Source: Octopus sinensis (taxonomy: Eukaryota). From it: DNA of 64,000 nucleotides. Positions 24,524-36,514 of the stretch are shown here, one piece after another. The position numbers were made by a program, and so were the translations under genes. A model generated the notes under the pieces. The model was not told where the DNA came from and ran no database searches. It was given only the letters and a program-made list of their open reading frames with translations. Within the stretch, counting starts at the first letter, position 1; the number at the start of each line of letters is the position of its first letter. Where the stretch lies: positions 28,333,360-28,397,359 of the forward strand of contig NC_043019.1 in NCBI RefSeq assembly GCF_006345805.1, read 5' to 3'.

Positions 24524-25761
24524 TAACATTGTGAGAGGCTGGATGTGGCTGGTTTTAATGCTAAAGAGCTAAACTGAATGGCATTCTTAATCAGTCAACG
24601 AGAATGAAAGATCTTCAAGTGTGGTTGCTTGACCTGCTAGAAATACTTGCCAAATTCCTCAAATTTCACCCTACTACCTTAAAAGGTAAAAGAATGAAGC
24701 ACACATTGAACAATGTAGGCAGGGAAATAAGAGTCTTTAGATCATCAGATCAAATGGTCTGCAGTATTTGTTCTGATTTTCTGTGCTCCGAGTTCAAGCC
24801 CAGCTTGAAGCTGACTTTGTTTTTCATTGTTTTGGGGTTGATAAAGAAAGTCCAATCCAGAGTACTGCTTTCAGTGGTGTATGAGATGTTACATACAATA
24901 CACAGATGGTGATTTTAATTATGCATCTAACAAACTGGAAACTACTAACTTGATCTCAACCCCCCAGTTTGAAATTGTAGATCAAGAGGTATAATTTTAG
25001 TGGAGTAATTAGTTCTGATTGCTAAATGGGTGATTGCTGTTTAATTAACACCACTACAACCACTATCATCAGTAGCAGCAGCACTACTACCATCATTATT
25101 AGGCTGGGACCTCCACCACCAGCTCCATTATCAGTACTATCAAAACTCTCAACTTATCTGCAACATCAACATTGCCATTTGCTACCACTATCGTTAGAAT
25201 CACCAGCTCTGTCATCACAACCACAGCAAGCTGATGCAGGAGTCCCTATGTAGTTGCTTTACTTGCTAGAAATAGCTGTAAAATCTTACTCAAGCTTCAT
25301 CTTAAAATCTTACAAAAAAGGATAAGTATATTTGCTGGCATGGGTTGGACAGTTTGATTCAGCCACTTTATCTCTGTGAGGCCAAACGCTTGAAAGGAAC
25401 TCAGCCACTTTGCCTATGTCAGGCCCAACACCTGAAAGGAACTCAGCCACTCTGCCTACGTCAGGCCCAATGTTCAAAGGTTGATTTTTTTTTTTTTACA
25501 TGCCACCAGCACAGGTGCACTTGGCTTAAGAAGAGCACATCGTCAAAGATCTCGGTTACTAGTCATTGCTTCTGTGAGGTTCATTGATAAAAGGAGTACA
25601 GTGAACTTGCCATGGGGGAATGGAAAACCCAATGTTTCAGGTGGAGTCCTTCTTCAGAGAAAAGCTGAAAGAATTGTGAGACAGCAAAATTTCACATTCT
25701 CTAAGTCAGTTAAAGTTTAAAAGGCACTTAAAAAGCTACTTACCACACAGCCACTCTATAT

Positions 25762-26035
25762 ATAGGTAAAAACTCCTTTGGTCATGGATGACCATGGGAT
25801 TACTCCTAGTAAGTTCCCCTCCAAGGTTCAAGTCTGGGCAAATGCAGTCGCCCATGCATACCAGCATCCCATCTCCATGTCACCAATGTTACCCAAGGGT
25901 AAGGAGAAGGCCGATTCAGCTTGGCACCAGTGATGTCTCATTTCTACAGCTGAGTGAACTGGAGCAACATGAAATAAAATGTCTTGCTCAAGAATACAAC
26001 ACACAGCCTGGTCCAGGAATCAAACTCACTACTCC
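25762..26035 (-). mobile_element. tRNA-derived SINE family C (copies ~15945-16270 +, ~29695-30010 -, ~52500-52810 +)
   Basis: Shared cttgagcaagacactttatttcacgttgctccagttcactcagctg core. Confidence 0.8.
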
Positions 26036-26625
26036 ATTTTTTTTCATACCTATAGACGCCTTTGATTCTGGTTTCCTATTATATTTTTAGAATGAAATAT
26101 TAGGAATTGTATCAAGAGCATCTTCTCTGCTTATTATTCTTCTGAGAGTCATGATGGTAGTGTCATCAGGTGCCTTCTCCATAGGGTCCTACCAGAAGCA
26201 GCTGTCATTAGACTTTCTGGCTGGATTCCCAAGCGTGATTGAGACTGTAGATCAGTGATTCTAAAATATTAGATAACTGAAAAGAATGAATAGCATGGTA
26301 CCACAGGCTGCAGGTAATAAGCCCGCTACACATGCAAAACTCCAGGAGCTCCAACAAAACCTGTGATAAAGAGAAATAATAATAATAATAATGGTTTCAA
26401 ATTCTGCCACAAGGGCAGCAATTTCAACCCCAGTATTTTATCCCTGAAAGGAAGAAGGGCAAAGTCAACCCTGGTAGAATTTGAGCTCAGGACATGAAGA
26501 TGGAGGAAATGTCACTAAGCATTTTGCCTGGCTTGCTGTTGATTCTGTCAGCTTGCCGCTGCCTTAATAGCAATAATAATGGTAATTATAATTCAATAAA
26601 AATGTTTGTTTCTTTTTCTTTTCAG

Positions 26626-26706
26626 CTTCAAATGCTTGGTTATGATATTAGCTGGGCTGCATTCAACATCATAGAAGTAATGAGTTCTTCAAAGTTTACA
26701 TTTAAG
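26626..26706 (+). CDS. AP3D1: AP3D1 coding exon 3
   Basis: ttttcag|CTT...AAG|gtatgt; LQMLGYDISWAAFNIIEVMSSSKFTFK; 81 nt. Confidence 0.97.
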
Positions 26707-27374
26707 GTATGTCCATTTTGAGGAATAAACCCTACTGTGATTTTGTTATTTTTCTCATGTAGCTTTTGATTATTAACTCATTGTTTATTGTACACTTTAG
26801 AATCAACATTCCTTTACGTATTCTGTTATTTATAAATTAACCACAAAATGCATTTTTGGGTGTATGGTAAGAATATGGTAAGAAATCTGCTTCCCAAACA
26901 TGAGCTTCTGGGTTTAGTTCCATTGCATGGTACCTTGGACATGTGCCTTGGTTTATAGCCCTTGGCAACCAAAGCCTTGTGAGTGATTTGGAAGACGGAA
27001 ACTGAAAGAAACCTGTTGTGTATATCATCATCATCATCGTTTAATGTCCGTTTTCGATGCTGACATGGGTTGAACGGTTTGACTGAGGTCTGGGAAGCCA
27101 GGAGGCTGCACCAGGTCCCAGTCTGATCTGGCAGTGTTTCTACAGCTGGATGCCCTTCCTAATGCCAACCACTCCGAGAGTGCAGTGCTGCTTTTTACGT
27201 GCCACCGGCACAGGGGCCAGAGGAGCTGGCATTGACTATGATCGGATGGTGCTTTTTACATGCCACCAGCACAGAAACCAGTCAAAGCGGCACTGGCATC
27301 GGCCATGTTCGGATGGTACTTTTTACATGCTACCGGTACGGGGATCACAACTACAATTTCCATATATATATCTA

Positions 27375-27524
27375 GATCAAAACAGTTTGATTCAAATTCG
27401 TTGGTACACTTGAGTTTCAAGTACGATGCTAGTCTTCAGCCGTTTTGAATTCAAAATGACTCCCAACTAACATTGCACTTGAAACTCAAGAGTACCAACA
27501 AATTTGAATCAAACTATTTTGATC
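27375..27524. repeat. Small foldback (~55-nt arms)
   Basis: gatcaaaacagtttgattcaaatt... / ...aatttgaatcaaactattttgatc. Confidence 0.85.
27403..27441 (-). ncRNA. Decayed hammerhead motif inside a small foldback
   Basis: Minus: gg CTGAAGA ctagcatcgtactt GAAAC tcaagt GTA cc; core and stem I present, stem II poorly paired. Confidence 0.45.
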
Positions 27525-27634
27525 CATACATGTAACTCCCAATAAATCGGTTGAGTGTCCGTCTTTCATTTGTCCACTCATATATATATTTACACACACA
27601 CATAGTATACACATACATCATTATAATCATCATT

Positions 27635-27925
27635 GTGGAGGCACATGGCCTAGTGGTTAGAACAGCGGACTCGCGGTCGAGGGATCGCGGGTTCGAATCT
27701 CAGAGCGGACGATATGTGTTTATGAGCGAAACACCTAAGCTCCATGCGGCTTCGGCAGAAGGTAATGGCGAAACTTCTGCTGACTCTTTCGCTATAACTT
27801 CCTCTCACTCTTTCCTCCTGCATCTTGCAGCTCACCTGCGATGGACCAGCGTCCCGTCCAGGTGGGGAACCTATACGCCAAGAAACCAGGAAACCGGCCC
27901 TTATGAGCCAGGCATAACTCGAGAA
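27635..27925 (+). mobile_element. tRNA-derived SINE family B variant (others ~37660-37950 -, ~55125-55420 +)
   Basis: Same tRNA-like head, different 3' portion. Confidence 0.75.
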
Positions 27926-28367
27926 GGAACAAACAATAATAATCATAATTTAATGTCTGTTTTCCATGCTGGCATGGGTTGGACTGTTTCACAGGAGCTG
28001 GCCAGCTGGAGAGCTTCACCAGGCTCCAATTGTCTGCTTTGGCGTGGTATCTATGACTGGATGTCCTTCTTAATGTTATATATGTGTATGTGTGTGTTCA
28101 CATACACTCACAGACAAATGAGTGAGTCAACAAAAGAAAGCAGGATTCAACAAATTTTGTTGGAATTTTATAATTTAATAACAGGTGGCTTAGGTTCCAC
28201 ATTACTGCAAAGTTTCATGGAGAGGCAGGTGTGGACAGGCAGTTTTCTATTGCGGTTTCAAATCATGAAATTGTTTTCAGAAGTTTTAGATGCAATGTTT
28301 AAAGTATTTTAGATAATTTTAGCAGCTGATAATATCATTCTAATTCTCTTCACTTCATTCTTTTCAG

Positions 28368-28448
28368 CGAATTGGCTATTTAGCAGCATCACAAAGTTTC
28401 CACGAAGGGACTGATGTTTTAATGCTAACGACAAACATGATTCGAAAG
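28368..28448 (+). CDS. AP3D1: AP3D1 coding exon 4
   Basis: ttttcag|CGA...AAG|gtagaa; RIGYLAASQSFHEGTDVLMLTTNMIRK; 81 nt; not in the ORF track. Confidence 0.96.
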
Positions 28449-28934
28449 GTAGAATCAAATTTTTTAAAAATTGTTTTTATTCCTTGAATATCAATGCATA
28501 TATGTATATGTGTGTGCATGTATTTATATGTGTGTGCATGTATTTATATGTGTATGTATGTATTTATATGCATATAAATACATATATGTATTTATTTGTA
28601 TATATGTATATGTATGTATTTATATGTGTATGTATTTATGTGTATATATGTATGTATATATGTAAGTGTATGTATTTATGTGTATATATGTAAGTGTATG
28701 TATTTGTTTATATATGTATGTATATATGTATATTTATGTGTGTATCTATGTATTTATATGTGTGTATATATATATATATATATACACACGTGTGTGTGTA
28801 CATACAAATGTGTGTGCGTATGTGTACATACAATTAGATTTCTGTAAGTGTATAGATATGTATTGTGTGTGAGTATGTTCATAAAAGTCGTGCTCCAGCA
28901 TGGCTGTATCTGTCATGACTAAAAACAAAATTTT

Positions 28935-28978
<44 letters not shown>

Positions 28979-29460
28979 CAGATATGCACACATACACATA
29001 CTCGGATACCTGCAGAGTATAGAGTACATTGATTAAACCCGATAATAGGGATCCAGGTATACGAAAGTGTATTAATTTATTAATGGATGAAATATGCATG
29101 TCTAGTCATGTCATATTGTGTAGATGGATTGTATTGTTCATGTGTAACCTGAAAACCTTGTAAATATTTAAACAGTGAAAGTTATCATCATCATCATCAT
29201 CATCATTTAGTGTCCACTTTTCCATGCTTTCATGGGTTGGACGGAATTTGTTTTGAGGTGGTATTTCTGCAATGGACTGATCATGTTGTTGCCAACCCTC
29301 AACTGTTTCTGAGCAATGTAATAACTCCTCTTGACCAGATATGGTTTCCGTGGAAGACTGGAAATGAAGGGGACCGCTTGCATATGGTGACATTCGTTTA
29401 CGACTATCACATGAAGTCAAGGCAAGGAAACAGTAACACACATGCACACATACATACACA

Positions 29461-29492
<32 letters not shown>

Positions 29493-29497
29493 CATAT

Positions 29498-29645
29498 AAC
29501 AAAACTGTCCGACGAACGGAAACATGAAACTCCGAGTAACAGGTTTTGTTGAATTTCTGCTGCTTTTAAATAAAGCATATTACTCTACCCCTGGTATTTG
29601 AGTACTCTTTTTTCCACCTTGTTTCACATTTATGTGTTTACTCCG

Positions 29646-29648
<3 letters not shown>
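29498..29648 (+). mobile_element. HHR-bearing short element, second copy
   Basis: Highly similar to 12381-12529, ends ...actccggtg then (TA)n. Confidence 0.7.
29505..29542 (+). ncRNA. Minimal hammerhead motif (U4C variant), same family as 12386
   Basis: ctgt CCGACGA acg gaaa cat GAAAC tccga GTA acag. Confidence 0.62.
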
Positions 29649-29698
<50 letters not shown>

Positions 29699-30349
29699 AA
29701 AAAACTCCTTTGGTCATGGATGACCATGGGATTACACCTAGTAAGTTCCCCTCCAAGGTACAATTCTGGGCAAATGCAGTCGCCCATGCATACCAGCTTC
29801 CCATCTCTACGTCACCAATGTTACCCAAGGGAAAGGAGAAGGCCGATTCAGCTTGGCACCAGTGATGTCTCATTTCTACAGCTGAGTGAACTGGAGCAAC
29901 ATGAAATAAAATGTCTTGCTCAAGAATACAACACACAGCCTGGTCCAGGAATCGAACTCACTACCCCATGATTGTGAGCTTGAATCACTAACCTGTGAGT
30001 GATGCACCCATCATATATATATATATATATATCTGATGGGTTTCTTTCAGTTTCCATCTACCAAATCCACTCTGATGGCTTCAGTTTGCCTGGAGCTATG
30101 ATAGATGACACACTTGCCCCAGGTACCACACAATAGGACTTCCCAGTGTGGTTGGGAAGCAAACTTGTTACCACACAGCCATGCCCGTGTTTTACTTGGT
30201 TCAGTGAGAAGCAAAGGGCGGCTGTGTCTACACTCCTCCACAAGCCTTCCAAGACATGTAGTTTTAAATTTATCATTTGTTGTGAACCCTTTACCTTATA
30301 CTTGTTTTTCAGATTTATTTTTCAACATCTTTTTTTCTCTCCTCTGCAG

Positions 30350-30457
30350 GATTTGAACAGCCAGAACATGTACGATTCTGGCGTTGCCTTAAATGGATTG
30401 GCTTGTTTTATATCTCAGGATCTTTCCAGAGACCTTGCAAACGACATTATGACTTTA
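30350..30457 (+). CDS. AP3D1: AP3D1 coding exon 5
   Basis: ctgcag|GAT...TTA|gtaagt; DLNSQNMYDSGVALNGLACFISQDLSRDLANDIMTL; 108 nt. Confidence 0.97.
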
Positions 30458-30914
30458 GTAAGTAAAAGAAAATGTTTATTGATGCTTGCAAATCATCATT
30501 ATTTCATTTTACACTTTTGATTTTTTTCTCTTCTATACTTGCATTCCACATAATACAAAAACAGCCGTACCAACAATCCAACATACCTCCATCATCAGCT
30601 GTCACATGGATATCATTATGGTTTCGACACTTGGGCAGTACCATTCAATCTGGCGGTGTCAACAGCACTAAAAGAAGTGTTGTTTGCAAACAAACATGCC
30701 AAAAAACAAAACACAACTTTAACACATTTACCCTATGTACAACAGTATTCAATCTAAATATAGTCAGGATTAAACACTAACTTTAAAATTAAACAACAAC
30801 AAGAAACACATAAATTTATGTATATCTCTATTGGTGTTAATAGTAAATCTACAATAACTAAGGAGATGTACTTGCATAGCAAGTGATTTGATCTGAGATC
30901 GTGTGCTGGAACGA

Positions 30915-31245
30915 AAACAATTGCAGCGTGGAAGGTGTTTGTAAGCCATTTAAGAAACACACAAAAGCCGTTTGATTCACTTCAACATTTAAGTTTAATT
31001 TGTCAAAATATTTTTGTCACTATAAGACTGCGACCTGTTCACTGACAAAAATCCGTGCTGCATCATAGTGTCTTCTACTATAGCCATAGATCCGTGATGC
31101 AGCACGGATTTTTGTCAGTGAACAGGTCGTGGTCTTATAGCAACGAAAATATTTTGACAAATTAAACTTAAATGTTGAAGTGAATCGAACGGCTTTTGTG
31201 TGTTTCTTAAATGGCTTACAAACACCTTCCACGCTGCAATTGTTT
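30915..31245. repeat. Near-perfect inverted repeat (151-nt arms, 29-nt spacer)
   Basis: 30915-31065 vs 31095-31245, only a few mismatches. Confidence 0.95.
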
Positions 31246-31423
31246 ACAATAACTAAATTATATACTAAATAGTGACCAATCTTTAAGTCCATACAAATAA
31301 TAATCCCACCAGTCTTCCATAGTTACTGCCATAATAAAAGAAAGTGTAAAATTCTCTAAAATAGTTATGTTTAATTCTTAATAAGAGCATCTATTTTCAT
31401 AAATTCCTTTGTCTGTTTTCTAG

Positions 31424-31553
31424 ATGACATCGACCCGGCCTTATCTAAGGAAGAAAGCTGTCCTTATCATGTACAAAGTATTTCTTCAGTTTCCTGAAGC
31501 ACTTAGACCTGCCTTCCCTCGGTTAAAAGAAAAGCTAGAGGATCCTGATCCTG
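31424..31553 (+). CDS. AP3D1: AP3D1 coding exon 6
   Basis: ttctag|ATG...CCTG|gtgagt; MTSTRPYLRKKAVLIMYKVFLQFPEALRPAFPRLKEKLEDPDP(G); 130 nt, ends phase 1. Confidence 0.97.
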
Positions 31554-31797
31554 GTGAGTACAATTTAATACCATTTTTGTTCTTGGAAGTTTGTATCAGT
31601 AGAACTTTCTTATGTTAGTTTTAGTGCTATACATTTTAAGACCTATCAGTTATTAGTAATTAACTTTTCTCATAATACTCTAGATCAGTGCACCCCCGCC
31701 AACCTTTTTTTTGCACTGCAGACCAGTTTCATGCAAGACGGTTTTTTCCATGGACCAAGGGATCTTGCACATAACAAAGCACAATAAAGTACATAAT

Positions 31798-32664
31798 CAT
31801 CATCATCATCATCATCATTTAGCGTCCGTTTTCCATGCTAGCATGGGTTGGACGGTTCTACTGGGGTCTGTGAAGCCAGAAGGCTTCATCAGGCCCAGTC
31901 AAATCTGGCAGTGTTTCTACGGCTGGATGCCCTTCCTAACGCCAACCACTCCGTGAGTGTAGTGGGTGCTTTTTACGTGCCACCCGCACTGGTGCCAGAC
32001 AGAGCTGGCAAACGGCCACGAATGGATGGTGCTTTTTATGTGCCACCGGCACGAGGGCCAGGCGAGGCTGGCAACGGACACGAAACGGGGCGGTGCTGGC
32101 AACGGTCGCGAAACGGAAAGTTCTCTTACATGCCACCGGCACTGGTAACACATCTGCAATTTCCATTGATCGATTTCGATTCTGATCCTCACTTGCCTCA
32201 ATGGTCTTCACAAGCAGAGTTTCGACATGCCACCGGCACTGGTAGCACATCCGCAATTTCCATTGATCGATTTCGATTCTGATCCTCACTTGCCTCAACA
32301 CGTCTTCACAAGTAGAGTTTTGTGTCCCAAGAAGGGAAGTATGCATACGTAGGCTGGCTCCATCCCATGTAGAAGGCCACGGGTTGTGGACTCACTTGTC
32401 CTGCCGGTCTTCTCGCGCACAGCACACTTCCAGAGGTCTCGGTCTCTAGTCATTTCCTCAGTGAGACCTAAAGTTCGAAGGTCGTGCTTCACCACCTCGT
32501 CCCAGGTTTTCCTGGGTCTGCCTCTTCCACAGGTTCCCTCAACCGCTAGGGTGTGGCACTTTTTCACACAACTATCTTCATCCATTCTCGCCACATGACC
32601 ATACCAGCGCAAACGTCTCTCTTGCACACCACAACTGATGCTTCTTAGGTCCAGCTTTTCTCTC
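31798..32664 (-). mobile_element. 5'-truncated RTE-clade LINE: ORF C-terminus, 3'UTR and (GAT)n tail
   Basis: ORF 32295-32666: ERRLRWYGHVARMDEDSCVKKCHTLAVEGTCGRGRPRKTWDEVVKHDL; the UTR matches the many short GGAAGGGCATCCAGC repeats. Confidence 0.9.
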
Positions 32665-33279
32665 AAGTAATTTAAACTGCATCTGGTTGTGGGACTCTGG
32701 TATAGGGGTTCCAGGGTTTTGAGGAGTATGGAACCACTTCTTAACCTCTATTATTCCCAGGTCTATTCTGACCCAGTGTAGTTGCACCTGTTAGGGTCCC
32801 AGCGATGGGTTAACTAGCATGTCAACTAAGCTCTGCCTTACCTTCCTTTCTCAAATCCAGATGATAAATATATATATTTCATATATCATCATCATCATCA
32901 TCGTTTAGTGTCTACTTTCCATGGGTTGGATGGTTTGACTGAGACTGGCAAGTCAGAGAGCTGCATCAAGTTCCAGTCTGATTTGGCATGGTCTCTTCGG
33001 CTAGATGCCTTTCCTAACACCAACCACTCCAAGAGTATAATGGGTGCTTTTTATATGACATCGGCATCAGCCACGACAATTTCACTTGGCTTGACAAGTT
33101 TTCTCAAGCATGGTATATCACCAAAGGTCTCGGTCACTTGTCATCACATAGTGGTACTGAGCCTAGAACCATGTAGTTGGGAGGCAATCTTCTTACCACG
33201 CAGTTACACCTGCACCATTATTCTCAAGAATTCCAGCCCCACTAGAACAGTAATTTCTGATGCCTTTTCTATATGGATT

Positions 33280-33664
33280 TTGAAGCACTCCGTCGGTTAC
33301 GACGACGAGGGTTCCGGTTGATCCGATCAACGGAACAGCCTGCTCGTGAAATTAACGTGTAAGTGGCTGAGCACTCCACAGACACGTGTACCCTTAACGT
33401 AGTTCTCGGGGATATTCAGCGTGACACAGAGAGTGACAAGGCCGGCCCTTTGAAATACAGGTACAACAGAAACAGGAAGTAAGAGTGAGAGAAAGTTGTG
33501 GTGAAAGAGTACAGCAGGGATCACCACCATCCCCTGCCAGAGCGTCGTGGAGCTTTTAGGTGTTTTCGTTCAATAAACACTCACAACGTCCGGCCTGGGG
33601 ATCGAAACCGCGATCCTACGACCGCGAGTCCACTGCCCTAACCACTGGGCCATTGCGCCTCCAC
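33280..33664 (-). mobile_element. tRNA-derived SINE family B, full length
   Basis: Reverse complement of 13071-13459; 12-bp TSD TCTATATGGATT (33268-79 and 33665-76). Confidence 0.9.
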
Positions 33665-33837
33665 TCTATATGGATTAACCTGTGGATATCTGAATGAACT
33701 TCAGCTGCTGTGACTCTCACATCTGAGAGGGATTGCAATGGTCATAGTCACAGCTGTTTATCTTTATAATAAAGATAGTCTTCTAAAATATCCACATTCA
33801 CACTTTAAATGTATATTTTGTTTTTTTTTACTTTCAG

Positions 33838-33977
33838 GTGTCCAGTCTGCAGCTGTGAATGTGATATGTGAACTTGCACGGAAAAATCCTAAAAATTATC
33901 TTTCTCTGGCACCTCTTTTCTTCAAACTGATGACCAGTTCTACTAATAACTGGGTACTCATCAAGATAATCAAACTG
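33838..33977 (+). CDS. AP3D1: AP3D1 coding exon 7
   Basis: tttcag|GT...CTG|gtgtgt; (G)VQSAAVNVICELARKNPKNYLSLAPLFFKLMTSSTNNWVLIKIIKL; 140 nt. Confidence 0.97.
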
Positions 33978-35616
33978 GTGTGTAGCTTCTTTAATTTCAT
34001 TTTATTCTTTCTTTTTCTTTTTCTCGTTATAAACTTTACAAAGATATTTAAGAATGTCTTACTTAAGCTGGTAACCATTTCAATCCTTAAGCATTCACAC
34101 TACTCTGTCAAACGTAATGCTTATTGATTCACATTGATATGAATTAGACATGCATTACCATGTGGTTCTGAGATTTCAATGACATGATTGTTGGTTGTTA
34201 GAAAAACATTGTAGGGTAAGTGTCAGAGGCCAGATCTGGCCGGTTTGAAGATAAAACAGGTGGATTCTTTTGCTAAAAGGTTAAATAATATTTTTATTTT
34301 TCACACTAACCTTTTAGTTTTCAGATCACTTTATCAAAATTTATGGACTTGTGTCTATTTTCAAAATCATTAAGAGTCAGGAAGAAAAGAGCTTGTAGAG
34401 TTTAGATATGTTTATTTACTTGTTTATGGAAGAGGAAATCATCTGAGAGAGAGAAATTTTATCAACTCATAGAAAAATAATTACTTTCCCCTCAAGTCAA
34501 AGTTTGTCTCAAAATATCAGATTCTTTCTCTCTCTATGATTTACAATCCTAATTAAACCTTCAATCTTTATTGTATACTTTCTGTCAACACAATCCAGTG
34601 CTAACTCCCTCAGACTCTAGGAAGGGTGGTGGTGTATATTTTGTAGTGCACCCCAACTAGCTCTTGTGCCAATGACATGCAAAAAGTACCATCCGAACAT
34701 AGTCAGTGCTAGTGCTGCCTGACTGGCTCTCATGCCGGTGGCATGTAAAAAGCACCCACTACACTCTCAGAGTGGTTGGCATTAGGAAGGACGTCCAACT
34801 GTAGAAACCTTGCCAGATCAGATTGGAGCCTGGTGCAGCCTACTGGCTTGCCAGTCCTCAGTCAAACTGTCCAACCCATACCAGCATGGACAACGGACGT
34901 TAAACGATGATGATGATTCAAAGGAATACACTGGAAATGCCTATCACCTTTACGGGTCTTCCCAGGGTTGTGACTTTAATCCAGTTGCTGTTTTTGCTTG
35001 AGCATTTGTAAGCCCGCATCTGTAGACACAAAGTGGACAATGAGTGAATTTCAGAAGGTTACAGTTCTGAGGAGAAAGAGTTGTTGTCATCTCTACATTG
35101 ATCCAATTAAGTGGCCTTGCTGGACAGCAGTGATCCTGTGGGTGGGCTTCTCAAAACCCTTTGCTTCCTGAAATGAAGTATGAGTTAAAAACTGACAGAG
35201 AGAGAAATGGAGAAAAAGATATGTACCAACTGACAGGGCCAGCTATTGAGGATTTTAAATCTTTCACCCCTTAGCATTTAAGTCAACCATATCCAGCCTA
35301 ATATTCTTTTTGTTTTATGCTGAAACTGGTCAGATTCAGCTTCTCACACCTACCTTACAATGTCATTCTAAAAATATACAATTACATCATTGAAATCTCA
35401 AAGCCATGAGATAGTATGTGATTAATTCAAAACTATACAATTAAATAAGCATTACCTTTGACAGTAATCTGAGTGCTAAAGGGGTTAAACTATGAATTTA
35501 GGTCAACCTGATAAATCTTTGCTAGGAAACCTTTTCCATTGTTCTCTGATAATCACTGTTTCTTTTTAACAAAAGATTGCTATTATATTATAGAATACTG
35601 TGTGTATGTATGTATG

Positions 35617-35751
<135 letters not shown>

Positions 35752-35826
35752 GTGACCTCGTGTGTACCGTTGGAGATTTTTTTTTTCCCCTCTGTCTTCC
35801 CTTCTCTGGATCTTTCCTTCTCCTAT

Positions 35827-35861
35827 GTTTCCGACGAAGAGCTCCACTCGAAACGTTAAAC
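35827..35861 (+). ncRNA. Non-canonical hammerhead-like motif
   Basis: gttt CCGACGA a gag ctcca ctc GAAAC GTT aaac; stem I gttt/aaac. Confidence 0.45.
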
Positions 35862-36030
35862 CCTCCTTCTTTCTTGAGCGTCCAATAATACTATATTTGT
35901 TCCACGTCCTCGCGTTGTTTTGTTTTTTTGTGTTTTCTTGTTTGGATTAACTATATATATATAACATTTTTCTGTTTATATCATTGTTAGTACAGTATGG
36001 TAAATATAGTTATTACATATTTCTGTTTAG

Positions 36031-36104
36031 TTTGGTGCTCTCACTCCACTTGAACCTCGACTTGGAAAAAAATTGATTGAACCACTCACAAATTTAATTC
36101 ACAG
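36031..36104 (+). CDS. AP3D1: AP3D1 coding exon 8
   Basis: gtttag|TTT...CACAG|gtaaga; FGALTPLEPRLGKKLIEPLTNLIH(S); 74 nt, ends phase 2. Confidence 0.97.
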
Positions 36105-36110
36105 GTAAGA

Positions 36111-36126
36111 AATAATAATAATAATG

Positions 36127-36160
<34 letters not shown>

Positions 36161-36170
36161 TAATAATAAT
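36111..36170. repeat. (AAT)n microsatellite just downstream of the exon 8 donor
   Basis: Directly visible. Confidence 0.95.
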
Positions 36171-36464
36171 TCAGCATTACTTGGAACTGCATACATATTG
36201 CATAAAGTACTGTCTGTGTGAGGTCCTTGTGACTTGGCAATATTGTGACTTGGCAATATTGTATACTGTGCAATGTCAACAATAATAATAATAATAATTC
36301 CACATGGCACTAGTACATGTGGTTTTCCACATGACACTGGCACAGGTGCTCTTCAAGAGTACAACATGAATGACCTTTTGATCTTCCTCTATGATTTTTT
36401 TTTTCTCATTTTCAAAATCCTTAAGTCAGTCCCACATACAAAATCTTTTTGTTTTTCATTTCAG

Positions 36465-36514
36465 CACATCAGCAATGTCCTTACTTTATGAGTGCATTAA
36501 TACGGTGATAGCAG
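36465..36514 (+). CDS. AP3D1: AP3D1 coding exon 9
   Basis: tttcag|C ACA...GCA G|gtaggc; (S)TSAMSLLYECINTVIA; 50 nt, ends phase 1. Confidence 0.96.

Noticed and set aside
27635-27710. tRNA-like sequences at SINE heads (also 13071, 33590, 55125, 56554)
   Set aside because: A/B boxes are present but there is no complete cloverleaf or acceptor stem, and they continue into SINE bodies, so they are not tRNA genes.
27551-28312. Longest ORF in the track (253 aa)
   Set aside because: It starts at TTG and runs through a SINE B copy, an RTE UTR fragment and microsatellite. It is a chance chimera with no recognisable domain.
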